Assembly (NCBI GenBank): GCA_965242865.1
Contig: CBDETK010000013.1
Coordinates: forward strand, 4,320,001 to 4,384,000
Source of the DNA: Candidatus Latescibacterota bacterium
Lineage (GTDB): Bacteria; Latescibacterota; UBA2968; UBA8231
Reading direction: 5' to 3'
Length of the DNA: 64,000 nucleotides
A program made the translations under genes and the position numbers. Positions 46,838 to 57,736 of this stretch are shown here, in pieces (within the stretch, counting starts at the first letter, position 1; the number at the start of each line of letters is the position of its first letter). The notes beneath the pieces are model-generated. The model made no database searches. It saw nothing but the letters and a program-made list of their open reading frames with translations, and was not told where the DNA came from.

Positions 46838-47692
46838 TTAGCTCGGATAGGAGAAAAACCCCCGCCCCGTCTTGCGGCCCAACGCGCCTTGCGCGACCAA
46901 CTCGCGCAGGAGGGGGCAGGGGCGGTACTTGGAGCGGTCTAGACGCTGGGCCAGCGATTCGAGGATATCCAATGTTACGTCGAGGCCGACGTAGTCGGCC
47001 AAAGCTAGCGGCCCTAGGGGATGGCTCGCCCCCAGCACCATCACCCGGTCGATGTCTTCGGCGCTGGCCACGCCTTCGGCGAGGGCATAAATGGCCTCGT
47101 TGATCATGGGAAAGAGGATGCGGTTGACCGCAAAACCGGGGCGGTTGGCCACCGCGACCGGAGTTTTGCCTAGGTCGTGGGCCAAGGCCGTGACCGCGGC
47201 CACGGTCTCGTCCGAGGTCGCGGTGGCACGCACGACTTCTACTAGGGGCATGGTCGGCGGGGGGTTGAAGAAGTGCAGGCCAATTACCTTGTCGGGCCGG
47301 CCGGCCGCAGCCGCCAGCGCGTTGAGGTCGAGGCCGGAGGTGTTGCTGGCGAGAATGGCCTCTCGCTTGGCCAATTGCCCGAGTTGGGCAAAAACATCCC
47401 GCTTGAGTGCTAGACGCTCGGGCACCGCTTCGACGACTAGATCGGCGGCCCCGACCGCCGCGAGTTGGTCGATGCCTCGCAGCGTGGCGATGGCCGCTTC
47501 GCTGGCGGCCGGCGCGAGCCGACCTTTGGCCGCTTGTTGGCGCAGGCGACCGGCGATGCGGGCCAACCCCTGTTCGCAGGCGCGGGGGTCTGCGTCGTAG
47601 AGCAGAACCTCCCGGCGGGCTTGGGCCAAAACTTGGGCAATGCCGCGCCCCATAGTCCCGGCCCCAATGACGGCAATGCGTTTGAGATCCAT
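46838..47692 (-). CDS. 3-hydroxybutyryl-CoA / 3-hydroxyacyl-CoA dehydrogenase
   Basis: IGAGTMGRGIA, EAVPE, ASNTS, GLHFFNP, PGFAVNR, GPLALAD.VGLD, GRKTGRGFF. Confidence 0.92.
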   Translation of the reverse strand: MDLKRIAVIGAGTMGRGIAQVLAQARREVLLYDADPRACEQGLARIAGRLRQQAAKGRLAPAASEAAIATLRGIDQLAAVGAADLVVEAVPERLALKRDVFAQLGQLAKREAILASNTSGLDLNALAAAAGRPDKVIGLHFFNPPPTMPLVEVVRATATSDETVAAVTALAHDLGKTPVAVANRPGFAVNRILFPMINEAIYALAEGVASAEDIDRVMVLGASHPLGPLALADYVGLDVTLDILESLAQRLDRSKYRPCPLLRELVAQGALGRKTGRGFFSYPS

Positions 47693-47827
47693 AGAGTCTT
47701 TCAGAGGTGAGTTTTATCCGAACGTACCGATCGCAAGCGGCTTATACTATAATATAGCATTGCGGGAGCGAGGAGATCGCCTAGATTGATTGCCTCGCCG
47801 CTAAAAAAATAAAACAGGGGAGAAGCC

Positions 47828-49549
47828 ATGGCAGCCGATCGGGGAAAACTGAGGAGTGCCGACTGGTTTGGACGCGAGGACAAAGGGGGGTTCATTCACC
47901 GCAGTTGGATGAAGCGCGGCCTGCCCGAGCATGAATTCGACGGCCGGCCGGTCATCGGCATCTGCAACACGTGGTCCGAGCTGACGCCGTGCAATATCCA
48001 CTTCCGCGACTTGGCCGAAGCCGTCAAACGCGGTGTGCATGAAGCGGGGGGAGTGCCCGTAGAATTCCCGGTCACCTCGCTGGGCGAGCCTATCATGCGC
48101 CCGACGACCATGCTCTTCCGCAACTTGGCGAGCATGGACGTGGAGGAGTGCATTCGCGCCAACCCGGTGGACGGCGTGGTGCTCCTGACCGGGTGCGACA
48201 AGACCACGCCGGCGTGCTTGATGGGGGCGGCTAGCGTTGATTTGCCGACCCTTGTCGTGCCGGGGGGCCCCATGCTCAACGGCAAGTACCGCGGCCGCGA
48301 TATTGGCTCGGGAACGGACGTGTGGAAGTTCAGCGAAGACTTGCGGGCCGGCAAAATGACGCGCGAAGAATTTGGTTTGGCCGAGGACGGCATGACGCGC
48401 TCGGATGGGCACTGCATGACCATGGGCACGGCCTCGACGATGGCCTGTATGGTCGAGGCGCTCGGCATGACCCTGCCCGGGGGCGCGGCGATTCCGGCCC
48501 CGGACTCGCGGCGCAAGGTGCTGGCGCATTTAGCGGGGTCGCGCATCGTCGAGATGGTGCGCGAAGACCTCAAGATGTCCGCCATTCTCGGGCGTGCGGC
48601 CTTTGAGAACGCCATCAAGGTCAACGCGGCCATCGGCGGCTCGACCAACTGCGTCGTCCACTTGCTGGCCTTGGCCGGGCGCGTCGGCGTTGAGTTGTCC
48701 TTGGACGATTTTGACCGTCTCGGCAGCGAGTTGCCGCTCTTGGTCAATTTGATGCCGGCCGGCAAGTATCTGATGGAAGACTTCTATTACGCCGGTGGCT
48801 TGCCGGTGGTGATTCAGGAGCTGAAGGAGGTCCTGCAGTTGGACGCTTTGACGGCGACGGGCCAGTCGCTCGGGGAAAATGTCGCCGGGGCGGTCTGCTA
48901 CCTGCGCGACGTGATCGCGCCGCTAAGCGCGCCGCTGATCGAGGCCGCGGGCTTGGCCGTGCTGCGGGGCAACCTGTGCGAGGACGGGGCGATCATCAAG
49001 CCATCGGCCGCCGCGCCCGAGCTGATGCAGCACCGCGGCCGAGCGGTGGTTTTCAAGACGATTGAGGACTATCACCAACGGATCGACCGCCCCGATTTGG
49101 CCGTGGATGAGTCGAGCGTATTGGTCCTGCAAAACGTCGGGCCGGTCGGCTATCCGGGCATGGCCGAGGTGGGGAACATGGGATTGCCCAAGAAACTGCT
49201 CGAAAAGGGCGTCCGGGACATGGTGCGCATTTCCGATGGCCGCATGAGCGGCACGGCCTACGGCACCGTGATCCTGCACGTGGCCCCCGAAGCGGCCATT
49301 GGCGGCTCGCTGGCGCTGGTGCGCGACGGCGACCTGATCGAGCTCGATGTGGCGGGCCGACAGCTACACCTAGCCGTGTCCGACGAAGAACTAGAGCGTC
49401 GCCGCGCCGCTTGGCAGCCCCCCGCGCCCCACGACACCCGGGGCTACGTGAGCCTCTATACCAACCACGTGATGCAGGCCGACAAAGGAGTTGACTTTGA
49501 CTTTTTGGTCGGCAAGTCCAGTGCGGTTGTAACGCGCGAGGCCCATTAG
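47828..49549 (+). CDS. IlvD/Edd family dehydratase (pentonate/L-arabinonate dehydratase-like)
   Basis: CNTWSELTPCN, GCDKTTP, HCMTMGTASTM, GGSTN, SDGRMSGT, HVAPE. Confidence 0.9.
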   Translation: MAADRGKLRSADWFGREDKGGFIHRSWMKRGLPEHEFDGRPVIGICNTWSELTPCNIHFRDLAEAVKRGVHEAGGVPVEFPVTSLGEPIMRPTTMLFRNLASMDVEECIRANPVDGVVLLTGCDKTTPACLMGAASVDLPTLVVPGGPMLNGKYRGRDIGSGTDVWKFSEDLRAGKMTREEFGLAEDGMTRSDGHCMTMGTASTMACMVEALGMTLPGGAAIPAPDSRRKVLAHLAGSRIVEMVREDLKMSAILGRAAFENAIKVNAAIGGSTNCVVHLLALAGRVGVELSLDDFDRLGSELPLLVNLMPAGKYLMEDFYYAGGLPVVIQELKEVLQLDALTATGQSLGENVAGAVCYLRDVIAPLSAPLIEAAGLAVLRGNLCEDGAIIKPSAAAPELMQHRGRAVVFKTIEDYHQRIDRPDLAVDESSVLVLQNVGPVGYPGMAEVGNMGLPKKLLEKGVRDMVRISDGRMSGTAYGTVILHVAPEAAIGGSLALVRDGDLIELDVAGRQLHLAVSDEELERRRAAWQPPAPHDTRGYVSLYTNHVMQADKGVDFDFLVGKSSAVVTREAH

Positions 49550-49565
49550 CGAAAGGACTAGGACC

Positions 49566-50705
49566 GTGAAAATTGCCAAAATCGAACAGTTTTTCCCGCG
49601 CCGACGCATGCGCTTAGTCAAAATTACCACGGACAACGGGCTAGTCGGCTGGGGCGAGACCACGCTGGAGGGCAAGCCCAAGAGCACTTGGGCGGCGGTG
49701 GAGGAATTGGCCGAGTACTTCGTCGGCCAAGACCCGCTCCGCATTGAGCACCACTGGCAGCACGTGTATCGCTCGGCCTTTTTCCGCGGCGGCAATGTGC
49801 TGATGAGCGCGCTGTCGGGCATTGATCAGGCCCTGTGGGACATCGCCGGCAAGCACTACGATGTCCCCACCTACATGCTCTTGGGCGGGGCGGTGCGCGA
49901 CCGGATTCGCGTGTACGCGCACTGGGGGATCCACGGCCAGACCGACGCGGCCTTGGCCTCGGCGCGGGCGCGGCTCGACATGCTGTTGGCAAAAGGCTAC
50001 ACGGCCTTTAAGACGGGGCCGGGCGGTACGTGGCGCGCCCACGAGCCGCCGGCGCGCATCGACGCCTTTGTCAAAGACGCGTACACCATGCGCGAATGGG
50101 TCGGCGACCAAGTAGAGCTGTGCTTTGACTTCCACGGCAAGATGACGCCGGGGCTGGCCATTGAGGTGTGTGGCCAGCTCGCGGGGATGCGGCCGATGTT
50201 CGTGGAAGAGCCGATCCCGCAGGAGAATGTCGCTGCGCTCAAGGAGGTCTCGGACCACGTGCCCTTTCCCATTGCCACCGGAGAGCGCTTGCTCTCGCGC
50301 TGGGAGTTCCGGGAGATTTTTGAAAAGCAGGCTGTCGCTTACATTCAACCCGATGGCTCGCACGCCGGCGGGATCACCGAGCTGAAAAAGATCGCCAATA
50401 TGGCCGAGGTCTATTACATCCACATCATGCCGCACTGCGCCATCGGCCCGGTGGCCTTTTCCGCTTGTATGCAGGTCGATGCGGTGGTGCCCAATTTTCT
50501 CGTGCAGGAACAAGTGGACGAGGGGTTGGGCGAAGGGCTGCTCGTCGCGCCTTGGCAGGTGGTCGATGGCCACATTGAGCTGCCGACCCAGCCGGGGTTG
50601 GGGTTTGACCTGATCGAGGCCGAGGTGGAAAAGACGATAGAGTACGCAGAGGAATTGGGTGGTGAATACCGCTACGAAAACGACGGCAGCGTCGCCGATT
50701 GGTAG
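49566..50705 (+). CDS. dgoD: Galactonate dehydratase-like (mandelate racemase/enolase superfamily)
   Basis: VGWGE..LEG, FFRGG..MSALSGIDQALWDI, DFHG, FVEEP, ATGER, QPD.SHAGGITE, DGSVADW. Confidence 0.8.
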   Translation: MKIAKIEQFFPRRRMRLVKITTDNGLVGWGETTLEGKPKSTWAAVEELAEYFVGQDPLRIEHHWQHVYRSAFFRGGNVLMSALSGIDQALWDIAGKHYDVPTYMLLGGAVRDRIRVYAHWGIHGQTDAALASARARLDMLLAKGYTAFKTGPGGTWRAHEPPARIDAFVKDAYTMREWVGDQVELCFDFHGKMTPGLAIEVCGQLAGMRPMFVEEPIPQENVAALKEVSDHVPFPIATGERLLSRWEFREIFEKQAVAYIQPDGSHAGGITELKKIANMAEVYYIHIMPHCAIGPVAFSACMQVDAVVPNFLVQEQVDEGLGEGLLVAPWQVVDGHIELPTQPGLGFDLIEAEVEKTIEYAEELGGEYRYENDGSVADW

Positions 50706-51081
50706 CGTTGCCGAGCGCCGGCGGGCGTTTGAGAAGCTGGTGGAAAAGGCCCTCCACCGCCTGCCGGCCGAGTTCCGTGCGGTGCTGGACAACCTAGCCA
50801 TCGTCGTCGAGGACTGGCCCGACCCGGAGTTGGTTGAAGAGGTCACGGGCGACCGCGAGGAAGTGCTCTACGGGCTTTTCACCGGTACGCCCTTACCCGA
50901 GCGTCGCCTCGAAGACAGCGGCGACCTGCCGCCGGTGATCGCGCTCTATCAGGGGCCTTTGGAGGAGGACTTCCCCGATTGGGCCGAGCTGGCGCGGGAG
51001 GTGGAAACCACCTTGGTCCACGAGTTGGCGCACTTTATGGGCTTTGACGAAGACGCCGTGAGAAGGTACGGCTATGAATAG
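50659..51081 (+). CDS. Zincin-like metallopeptidase (DUF1025/Zincin_1)
   Basis: LYGLFTG.P, I.LYQ.PL, TLVHELAHFMG; start uncertain. Confidence 0.8.
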   Translation: MVNTATKTTAASPIGSVAERRRAFEKLVEKALHRLPAEFRAVLDNLAIVVEDWPDPELVEEVTGDREEVLYGLFTGTPLPERRLEDSGDLPPVIALYQGPLEEDFPDWAELAREVETTLVHELAHFMGFDEDAVRRYGYE

Positions 51082-52021
51082 CACGGACTTGCAAAACGCC
51101 CTCGACGCGAGCGATTTAGACGCTTTAGCGGCGTTGCTGCGCCGGCATCCGCACTTAGTACACCGCCGCGTCGAAGATGCACGCGGGCAGCGCTGTACCC
51201 CCTTGCAATACGCCGACCGCAGCGCCGCTAGCTTGGACGCCATGCGCCTGTTGATCGAATTCGGCGCCGACCCGAGCGAGCTAAACGACGCGCTTTTTGG
51301 GTGCTGCGAAGCCCACGATCTAGACCATATCCAGCGCCTGCTAGCCTTGGGGGTCTGCCCGGACGATGCGTACAACGAAGGCTGGGATTGCCGCGTCCTC
51401 TACGGACTTTTGCAGACCTACCAACGCTCGCCGCCCGCCCACCTACACGCCTGCGTCCAAGTGCTCGTCCAAGCGGGTGCCGCCTTTGAGGACGGTCCGA
51501 CGATGGACATGCACCGAGGCCGGCTCGACCAACTAGCGCAGCGGCTCGACCGCTGTCCCGACCTAGTCGCGGCGCGGTTCTGGCTCGACTACGGCGACCA
51601 TCTCACGCTGCGGGGCGTTACCCTCCTGCACGTGGCGGTCGAATACCGCGAACTAGAGGCCGTGCGCCTGCTGCTGGGGCGCGGGGCCGACTTGAATGCC
51701 CGCGCTGCGATCGGCGCCAACGGCGTGGGCGGCCAGACGCCCCTGTTCCACGCCATTGGCGCCAACCAAGGAACGGGCTGGGAGGCTTTCGAGTACCTGT
51801 TGGGCCGGGGAGCGGACTTGACTGTTCGAGCGCGCATCCAGCGCGACCCAGCGGCCGACGACAAAGTGATGGACTGCGTTCACAAAGGGCAGGACCACTT
51901 TTTCCCCGCCGTTGAAGAACTCACGCCGCTGGGCTATGCCCTGCGCTACGAATCCGGCGCGGGTTGGCGCGCCACCCCGCGCGAAGTGGCCCGGCTGCGG
52001 GCGCTGCAGGCCCCGGTCTAA
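51074..52021 (+). CDS. Ankyrin repeat protein
   Basis: TPLQYA, TLLHVAV...VRLLLGRGADLN, GQTPLFHA, TPLGYA. Confidence 0.8.
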   Translation: MNSTDLQNALDASDLDALAALLRRHPHLVHRRVEDARGQRCTPLQYADRSAASLDAMRLLIEFGADPSELNDALFGCCEAHDLDHIQRLLALGVCPDDAYNEGWDCRVLYGLLQTYQRSPPAHLHACVQVLVQAGAAFEDGPTMDMHRGRLDQLAQRLDRCPDLVAARFWLDYGDHLTLRGVTLLHVAVEYRELEAVRLLLGRGADLNARAAIGANGVGGQTPLFHAIGANQGTGWEAFEYLLGRGADLTVRARIQRDPAADDKVMDCVHKGQDHFFPAVEELTPLGYALRYESGAGWRATPREVARLRALQAPV

Positions 52022-52099
52022 GGCAATTGCTCCGAGCGGCGATATGGTTTAATTTCCCTTTTCTCAAGCAACGCACCATTTATCGAAGCAGCTTTTCTC

Positions 52100-53809
52100 G
52101 TGAACGTACCTAAACACGATATACTCATTGTCGGCGGCGGTGGCGCGGGGCTACGGGCCGCGATTGCCGCTGTCGAGCTCGACCCGAACCTCAGTGTCGG
52201 CTTGGTGTCCAAAGTGTACCCCATGCGCAGCCACACGGTGTCGGCCGAGGGCGGGTCCGCGGCCGTGCTGCGCGAGGACGACAGCTTTGACTCCCACGCC
52301 TTCGACACCATTAAGGGCAGCGACTTCCTCGCGGACCAAGACGTCGTCGAGGTATTCGTCAAGGAAGCCCGCGACGAGCTGATTCAATTGGAGCATTGGG
52401 GCTGCCCTTGGAGCCGCGACGACGATGGGCGGATCAGCGTGCGCGCTTTCGGCGGCATGTCGGTCAAGCGCACCCTGTACGCGGCCGACAAGACCGGCTT
52501 CCACATGCTGCACGCCCTTTTCCAGACTTCGCTCCGGTACGACCGCATCCAGCGCTACGACGAATGGTATGGGACGCGGCTGCTGCTCGACGACAACGGC
52601 GCGGCCTGCGGCGTGACCGCGCTCAACGTGCGCTCCGGGGCCATGGAGGCGATTCCCGCCAAGGCCGTAATCATCTGCGCGGGCGGCGGGGGGCGCATCT
52701 TTCCCTTTACAACCAACGCGGCCATCAAGACCGGCGACGGCATGTCCATGGCCTACCGAGCGGGCTGTCCCCTCAAGGACATGGAATTTGTGCAGTACCA
52801 TCCCACCGGCCTGCCGGGCACGGGCATCCTGATGACCGAGGCATCGCGCGGCGAGGGCGGCTACCTGATCAACAATAAGGGCGACCGCTACCTCAGCGAG
52901 TACCTGCCCGACAAAATGGAGTTAGGCCCGCGCGACATGGTTTCGCGGGCGTTCGTCCACGAGGAGCGCGCCGGTCGGGTCTTTTCCGGCCCGTACGGAA
53001 CCTATGTCCATCTCGATTTGCGGCACTTGGGGGAAAAGAAAATCGACGAGCGCATCCCCTTTGTGCGCGAGTTGACCAAAAACTACGTGGGCATCGATCC
53101 CGTGCATGAGCCGGTGCCCGTGCGCCCGGTGGTCCACTACATGATGGGCGGCATTCACACCGACATTACCACGGCGACGCCCATTCCGGGCTTGTACGCG
53201 GCCGGAGAAACGGCCTGTGCCACGATCAACGGCGCCAATCGCCTCGGTTCCAACTCCCTGTCCGAGCTTTTAGTCTTTGGGGCGCGGGCCGGCCGGTACG
53301 CCGCCGAGTATGCTGCCGAGGCCGAGCTGCTGCCGGACGACCGCTTGAATAAAATGGCGGCCGACGAGTGGCAGCGGATCGAACATGCGTTTTTCAAAAA
53401 CGAAGGCCGCGAGAAAATTGCCGACATTCGCACGGACCTGCAAAAGACGATGGAGCAAGGAGCGGGCATTTATCGCGAACAGGAGAGCCTAGAGGCGACC
53501 TGCGCCGAGTTAATCAAGCTCAAGGAACGCTATACGCGCGTGCAGGTTGACGACAGCTCCGCGGTTTTCAACACCGAGCTGACCACCGCGTTGGAACTGG
53601 GCTCGCTGCTCGACGTGGCCGAGGCCGTGGCCCATTCGGCGCTTTTGCGCCGGGAGTCGCGCGGCTCGCATTCGCGCACGGACTACGAGGAGCGCGACGA
53701 CGAAAACTTCCTCTGCCACTCCTTGGCGCGTCGCACCGATGGCGAGCCGCGCATTGAATACCAAGATGTCGTCATTACCCGCTGGCAGCCCCAAGAGCGC
53801 ACCTACTGA
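52100..53809 (+). CDS. frdA: Fumarate reductase/succinate dehydrogenase flavoprotein
   Basis: [20 protein letters not shown] (covalent FAD His), [26 protein letters not shown]. Confidence 0.92.
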   Translation: MNVPKHDILIVGGGGAGLRAAIAAVELDPNLSVGLVSKVYPMRSHTVSAEGGSAAVLREDDSFDSHAFDTIKGSDFLADQDVVEVFVKEARDELIQLEHWGCPWSRDDDGRISVRAFGGMSVKRTLYAADKTGFHMLHALFQTSLRYDRIQRYDEWYGTRLLLDDNGAACGVTALNVRSGAMEAIPAKAVIICAGGGGRIFPFTTNAAIKTGDGMSMAYRAGCPLKDMEFVQYHPTGLPGTGILMTEASRGEGGYLINNKGDRYLSEYLPDKMELGPRDMVSRAFVHEERAGRVFSGPYGTYVHLDLRHLGEKKIDERIPFVRELTKNYVGIDPVHEPVPVRPVVHYMMGGIHTDITTATPIPGLYAAGETACATINGANRLGSNSLSELLVFGARAGRYAAEYAAEAELLPDDRLNKMAADEWQRIEHAFFKNEGREKIADIRTDLQKTMEQGAGIYREQESLEATCAELIKLKERYTRVQVDDSSAVFNTELTTALELGSLLDVAEAVAHSALLRRESRGSHSRTDYEERDDENFLCHSLARRTDGEPRIEYQDVVITRWQPQERTY

Positions 53810-53821
53810 CTGAGAGGAGCT

Positions 53822-54568
53822 ATGAGCGACAAGACCATTGGCATCCGAGTGACCCGCTTCCGACCCGAACAGGAGGACGCCCCGACCGAGCAGGTATACG
53901 AGGTGCCCTATCAGGAGGACTGGGTCGTCCTCGACGCGCTCAACCACATCAAAGACCACATGGACGGCACCCTCTCGTACCGCTGGTCGTGTCGCATGGG
54001 CGTGTGCGGCTCTTGCGGTATGATGGTCAACGGCGAGCCTAAGCTGACCTGCGCGGCCTTTCTCAAGGATTACTACCCGAATGAGTTGGTGGTCCAGCCC
54101 CTCGCCCACTTCCCGATCATCCGCGATTTGGTCGTCGATATAGACGATTTTATGGACAAGCTCAAGGCGGTCCAGCCGTGGATCATTCGCGCGGAAGACA
54201 AGCCGGTTGCCGAAGGCGAGTATTTGCAGTCGCCTGCGGAGCTAAAGGAGTTCAAGCAGTTTAGCCAGTGCATCAACTGCCTGCTGTGCTACGCGGCTTG
54301 TCCGGTCTATGGGTTAGAAGACGTCTTCGTCGGCCCAGCAGCCCTCGCGCTTTCCTACCGCTACAACTTGGACTCGCGCGACGAAGGCTACGCCCAGCGC
54401 ACGGTGGTTGCCGCTAGCAGCGAGGGCATCTGGGAATGCACCTTTATCGGTGAGTGCTCCGTGGTCTGTCCCAAGGATGTGGACCCGGCCGCCGCGATTC
54501 AGCGCACCAAGGTCGATACGACCGCCAATTGGTTCAAATCCTTTCTCATGCCTTGGGGGAACAAATGA
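53822..54568 (+). CDS. frdB: Fumarate reductase iron-sulfur subunit
   Basis: [36 protein letters not shown]. Confidence 0.92.
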   Translation: MSDKTIGIRVTRFRPEQEDAPTEQVYEVPYQEDWVVLDALNHIKDHMDGTLSYRWSCRMGVCGSCGMMVNGEPKLTCAAFLKDYYPNELVVQPLAHFPIIRDLVVDIDDFMDKLKAVQPWIIRAEDKPVAEGEYLQSPAELKEFKQFSQCINCLLCYAACPVYGLEDVFVGPAALALSYRYNLDSRDEGYAQRTVVAASSEGIWECTFIGECSVVCPKDVDPAAAIQRTKVDTTANWFKSFLMPWGNK

Positions 54569-54969
54569 GCCAGTCGTACGAAACCTACAAGCCAAAGCTG
54601 TCGCCGGCTTGGTGGCTGAAGAGCCGACGCTACTTCCTGTTTATGATGCGCGAATTGAGCAGCGTCTTTATCGCGGCCTTCGTCCTCCTCTTTCTCTACC
54701 AGCTCTTTGCGCTGGCTGAGGGGCCGGAGGCATACGCGGCTCGCCGCTTTGTGCTGACGAAGCCGGCGTTTGTGGCCTTTTACGCGGTTGCCTTGGTCTT
54801 TGCCCTCTACCACACGGTCACTTGGCTGGGGGTCATGGGCCGCGTCCAAGTCGTGCGGCTGGGCGCGTTTACCGTGCCGCCCAAATTGGTCACGGCTGGG
54901 GCCTTCGTCGGGTTTTTCCTCGTGTCGGCGGCCGTTGGCTGCATTTTCCTGTACGCGCTAGCGCTATGA
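54565..54969 (+). CDS. frdC: Fumarate reductase membrane anchor C
   Basis: ATG 54565 overlaps the frdB stop; WW...Y..FMMRE, YHTVTW; three TM helices. Confidence 0.82.
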   Translation: MSQSYETYKPKLSPAWWLKSRRYFLFMMRELSSVFIAAFVLLFLYQLFALAEGPEAYAARRFVLTKPAFVAFYAVALVFALYHTVTWLGVMGRVQVVRLGAFTVPPKLVTAGAFVGFFLVSAAVGCIFLYALAL

Positions 54970-55328
54970 GCTACAAACGAGACAAAACCGAACCTTTCTG
55001 GTGGGGCCTGTTTTCCGCGGGTGGCGTAGTGGCCGCCATGCTGATCCCCGTGCTGATTTACTTCGTCGGGCTGGCCGAGCCGCTGGGCTGGGTCGGTTCG
55101 GAGGCGAGCGGATACGAGGCCATGCGCGCATTGCTCAGCCACCCGCTGGCCAAAGTGTTCTTTTTCGTTGTAGCCGCCCTGCCGCTCTACCACGCGGCGC
55201 ACCGCATCCGCTTCATGCTCCACGAGCTGGGGGTGCGGAAGTTGCTCCTTCCCATTCATTATTTCTGCTACGGCGGTGCCTTAGTCGGCACTGGGCTGGC
55301 GGCCTATATCTTCTTCTACCTGCTTTAA
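54966..55328 (+). CDS. frdD: Fumarate reductase membrane anchor D
   Basis: EPFWWGLFSAGG, HAAHRIR, CYG; ATGA overlap. Confidence 0.85.
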   Translation: MSYKRDKTEPFWWGLFSAGGVVAAMLIPVLIYFVGLAEPLGWVGSEASGYEAMRALLSHPLAKVFFFVVAALPLYHAAHRIRFMLHELGVRKLLLPIHYFCYGGALVGTGLAAYIFFYLL

Positions 55329-55419
55329 CGGCCGACGCTGGACAAGGTGCTGCTGGCAGGTCATCGCGGAAAATAGGGCCGTGTAGCGGAGCTTAGTGGC
55401 CCCTATAAAAAAAGGAAGA

Positions 55420-55848
55420 ATGCCGATGCCCCTAGGAGACAAAAACGCCATAATCGCTGGTTGCGGGATGCACCACGTGGCCGTGCAGACACGCGATTGG
55501 GAAACGTCGCTGTGCTTTTATCGAGATATACTGGGCATGGAGGTCGTCGCCGAATTTGGTGCGCCCGAGCGCAAAATCGCGCTTTTGGATGTGGGCGACG
55601 GAAGTCATCTCGAACTCTTCGCGCCCACAGCCGAATCGCCCACACTTGAAGCCGAAAGCCCCAATGATCCGGTGACGCACTTTGCCTTGGCAGTTGCAGA
55701 CGCTCGCGCTGCCACGGAGCGGGTGCGCGAGGCCGGCTGCGAGATCACGGTTGAACCCAAGGACCTGACGCTGGACAGGCTAACCGTGACGATTGCCTTT
55801 TTCATCGGCCCCAACGGCGAAGTCGTGGAGTTTTTCCAGACTCACTAG
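55420..55848 (+). CDS. VOC/glyoxalase family protein
   Basis: HHVAV, FYRDILG, LELF, HFALAV, FFIGPNGEVVE. Confidence 0.88.
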   Translation: MPMPLGDKNAIIAGCGMHHVAVQTRDWETSLCFYRDILGMEVVAEFGAPERKIALLDVGDGSHLELFAPTAESPTLEAESPNDPVTHFALAVADARAATERVREAGCEITVEPKDLTLDRLTVTIAFFIGPNGEVVEFFQTH

Positions 55849-55861
55849 GCTGAGTTGGTAC

Positions 55862-55895
55862 AAAAAAGCGCGGGTGCCCCAAAGGCCCCGCGCTT
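55862..55895 (-). terminator. Rho-independent terminator after the cold-shock gene
   Basis: AAGCGCGGG...CCCGCGCTT stem with a minus-strand T-run. Confidence 0.6.
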
Positions 55896-55919
55896 CTCGT
55901 ATTGTTTGAGGGGTTGGGG

Positions 55920-56159
55920 TTATTCAGGAGCTTGGGGTGCGGGGGCCGTGCCGATGACGACCACGTCTCGGGCTTGGAGGCCCTTGGGGCTGGCGACCGT
56001 TTCAAATTCCACCTGCTGACCTTCTTCTAGGGAGCGGAAACCATCGCCGCGAATGGCACTGTAATGGACGAAGACGTCGTCTTGTCCCCCGCGCTGAATG
56101 AAACCAAACCCCTTGGAACTGTCGAACCATTTGACGGATCCAGTTTGACGTTCGGACAT
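55920..56159 (-). CDS. Cold-shock protein
   Basis: GSVKWF, KGFGFI (RNP1), VFVHYSAI (RNP2), LEEGQ; GGAGGT RBS. Confidence 0.95.
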   Translation of the reverse strand: MSERQTGSVKWFDSSKGFGFIQRGGQDDVFVHYSAIRGDGFRSLEEGQQVEFETVASPKGLQARDVVVIGTAPAPQAPE

Positions 56160-56224
56160 GATGAAGGCTACCTCCCTTTAATTGCTAATTGTGTTGATCC
56201 AACAGACTAGCGGACAAAAAAGAC

Positions 56225-56473
56225 CTAGCGCGAGTTGCGCGCCCCGGCCCCGTGTGCGCCGCGGACGAAGCCGGCCCCGGCCATGCGAATGGCCTTCTGC
56301 TGCCGGCGGATGCTCTTTTGGCGGTTGATTTTCTTCTGAACCGAGGGTTTGGTATAGAAACGCCGCTTCTTCAAGTCGCGCAATAAGCCGGCTTTGCGGG
56401 TTTTGGACGTAAAGCGCCGCAGCGCCTTTTCAAAAGGTTCGTCCGACCGGACCTCAACGCTGAAATTGCTCAT
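56225..56473 (-). CDS. rpsU: 30S ribosomal protein S21
   Basis: E.FEKALRRF, AGLL.DLKKRRFYTKPS. Confidence 0.9.
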   Translation of the reverse strand: MSNFSVEVRSDEPFEKALRRFTSKTRKAGLLRDLKKRRFYTKPSVQKKINRQKSIRRQQKAIRMAGAGFVRGAHGAGARNSR

Positions 56474-56519
56474 CTACTGCTCCTAACCCTTGGTTAAGTT
56501 CCTACGTAAACAAATGTAT

Positions 56520-56548
56520 ATTTTACGCTATGGATTGCTCTTAGTCAA
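56520..56548 (-). promoter_or_regulatory. Sigma70 promoter of rpsU-csp
   Basis: TTGACT-17 nt-TAAAAT on the minus strand. Confidence 0.75.
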
Positions 56549-56707
56549 GAGTCGTCTTGGTGGTCGTGCCGGCCTAAGACGAGGGGGCTACAAAAGAGTT
56601 GCGATGTTGGCCCGATGGCCTTTTTTTCCAAAAGACTCCCCGACCCTACTCAGCGGAAGTCGTGCTCGGCTTCCATATTCCTCTATCTCGCACCTAAAGG
56701 AGATGTC

Positions 56708-56902
56708 ATGGCCTTTTCGCATACAAATTCCAAGGGGGTCGCGTATGTTCTGCATCAACGGACCACGACCCTCAAAAACGGGAACTCCCAGACGATTTAT
56801 TTCTTTGCTAAGACTAAGAAGGAAGGTGCTCTCGACGCCGTGCCGAATGGTTATGAGGTGTCTGAGAGCAAAAACGGTCTGCCCGTGCTAAAGCGCGGGT
56901 AA
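56708..56902 (+). CDS. 64-aa basic hypothetical protein
   Basis: AAGGAG RBS before ATG 56708; followed by a terminator; TNSKG..Y.LH, IYFF, P.GYEV.E..GLPVLK. Confidence 0.8.
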   Translation: MAFSHTNSKGVAYVLHQRTTTLKNGNSQTIYFFAKTKKEGALDAVPNGYEVSESKNGLPVLKRG

Positions 56903-56930
56903 GTAGCCTTCTCGGCGGTACCTCGTTCAG

Positions 56931-56978
56931 GCCGGTTCTTTTTTTCGGACTTCCCCTCGAAAAAGAACCGGCTTTTTT
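56931..56978 (+). terminator. Rho-independent terminator
   Basis: GCCGGTTCTTTTT...AAAAAGAACCGGC followed by TTTTTT. Confidence 0.75.
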
Positions 56979-57016
56979 GTGGGCAGTGCGGTCGCGCTTT
57001 TGCTATACTATGGGGC

Positions 57017-57736
57017 ATGGCAGCAAAAACGGTAAGAGAACAGGCCGTGGCCAACTTGCGGCAACGGCTGGCCGAAAATCCCTACGTAGGCCGCGGCATT
57101 GTCATTGGCCGGGCCGCGGCGGGGGCTTGGATGCAGGTTTACTGGATCGCGGGGCGCAGTGCCAACAGCCGCAATCGCATCTTCGTCGCCGAGGGCGACG
57201 TGCTGCGGACCGAAGCCGCCGACCCCGCGAAGTTGAGCGATCCCACGCTCATTATGTACAACGCCATGCGCGTTTGTGCGCGGCGCAGCATTGTCTCCAA
57301 TGGGGTCCATACCGACGCCATCCACGAGGGATTTGTCGCCGGCCACAGCTTGGCCGAGAGCTTGGCTGGCTGGCTACACGAGCCAGACCCGCCCAACTAC
57401 ACGCCGCGCATAGCGGGTTATGTGGATCTGGAGGCCGATGAGGCTTGGCTTGCCATACTCAAGGCCAGCCCCTTTGCGCCCGAGCGCAGCGAACGGCACT
57501 TCTTTCGCTTCGACTGCGTCGAGCCGGGCTACGGTTACGCCATCACCACGTACGATTCAGACGGCGACCCGCTGCCTTCGTTTTCTGGAGTTCCCTACCT
57601 GGTGCCCCTCGCCGACGCGCCCACCCGCCTGTGGGAAGCCCTAAACCCCGAGCACCGAATCGCGCTTGCAGTGCGCCAAATCGCGGCCGATGGCGCGATC
57701 GACACCGAGATTATCAACCGCTATGAGGCAGCCTAG
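57017..57736 (+). CDS. IMP cyclohydrolase-like protein (PurO-type Ntn fold)
   Basis: NPYVGRGIVIG, YWI.GRS.NSRNRIF, DPTLIMYN, VSNG.HTD, EPD.PNYTPRI. Confidence 0.82.
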   Translation: MAAKTVREQAVANLRQRLAENPYVGRGIVIGRAAAGAWMQVYWIAGRSANSRNRIFVAEGDVLRTEAADPAKLSDPTLIMYNAMRVCARRSIVSNGVHTDAIHEGFVAGHSLAESLAGWLHEPDPPNYTPRIAGYVDLEADEAWLAILKASPFAPERSERHFFRFDCVEPGYGYAITTYDSDGDPLPSFSGVPYLVPLADAPTRLWEALNPEHRIALAVRQIAADGAIDTEIINRYEAA

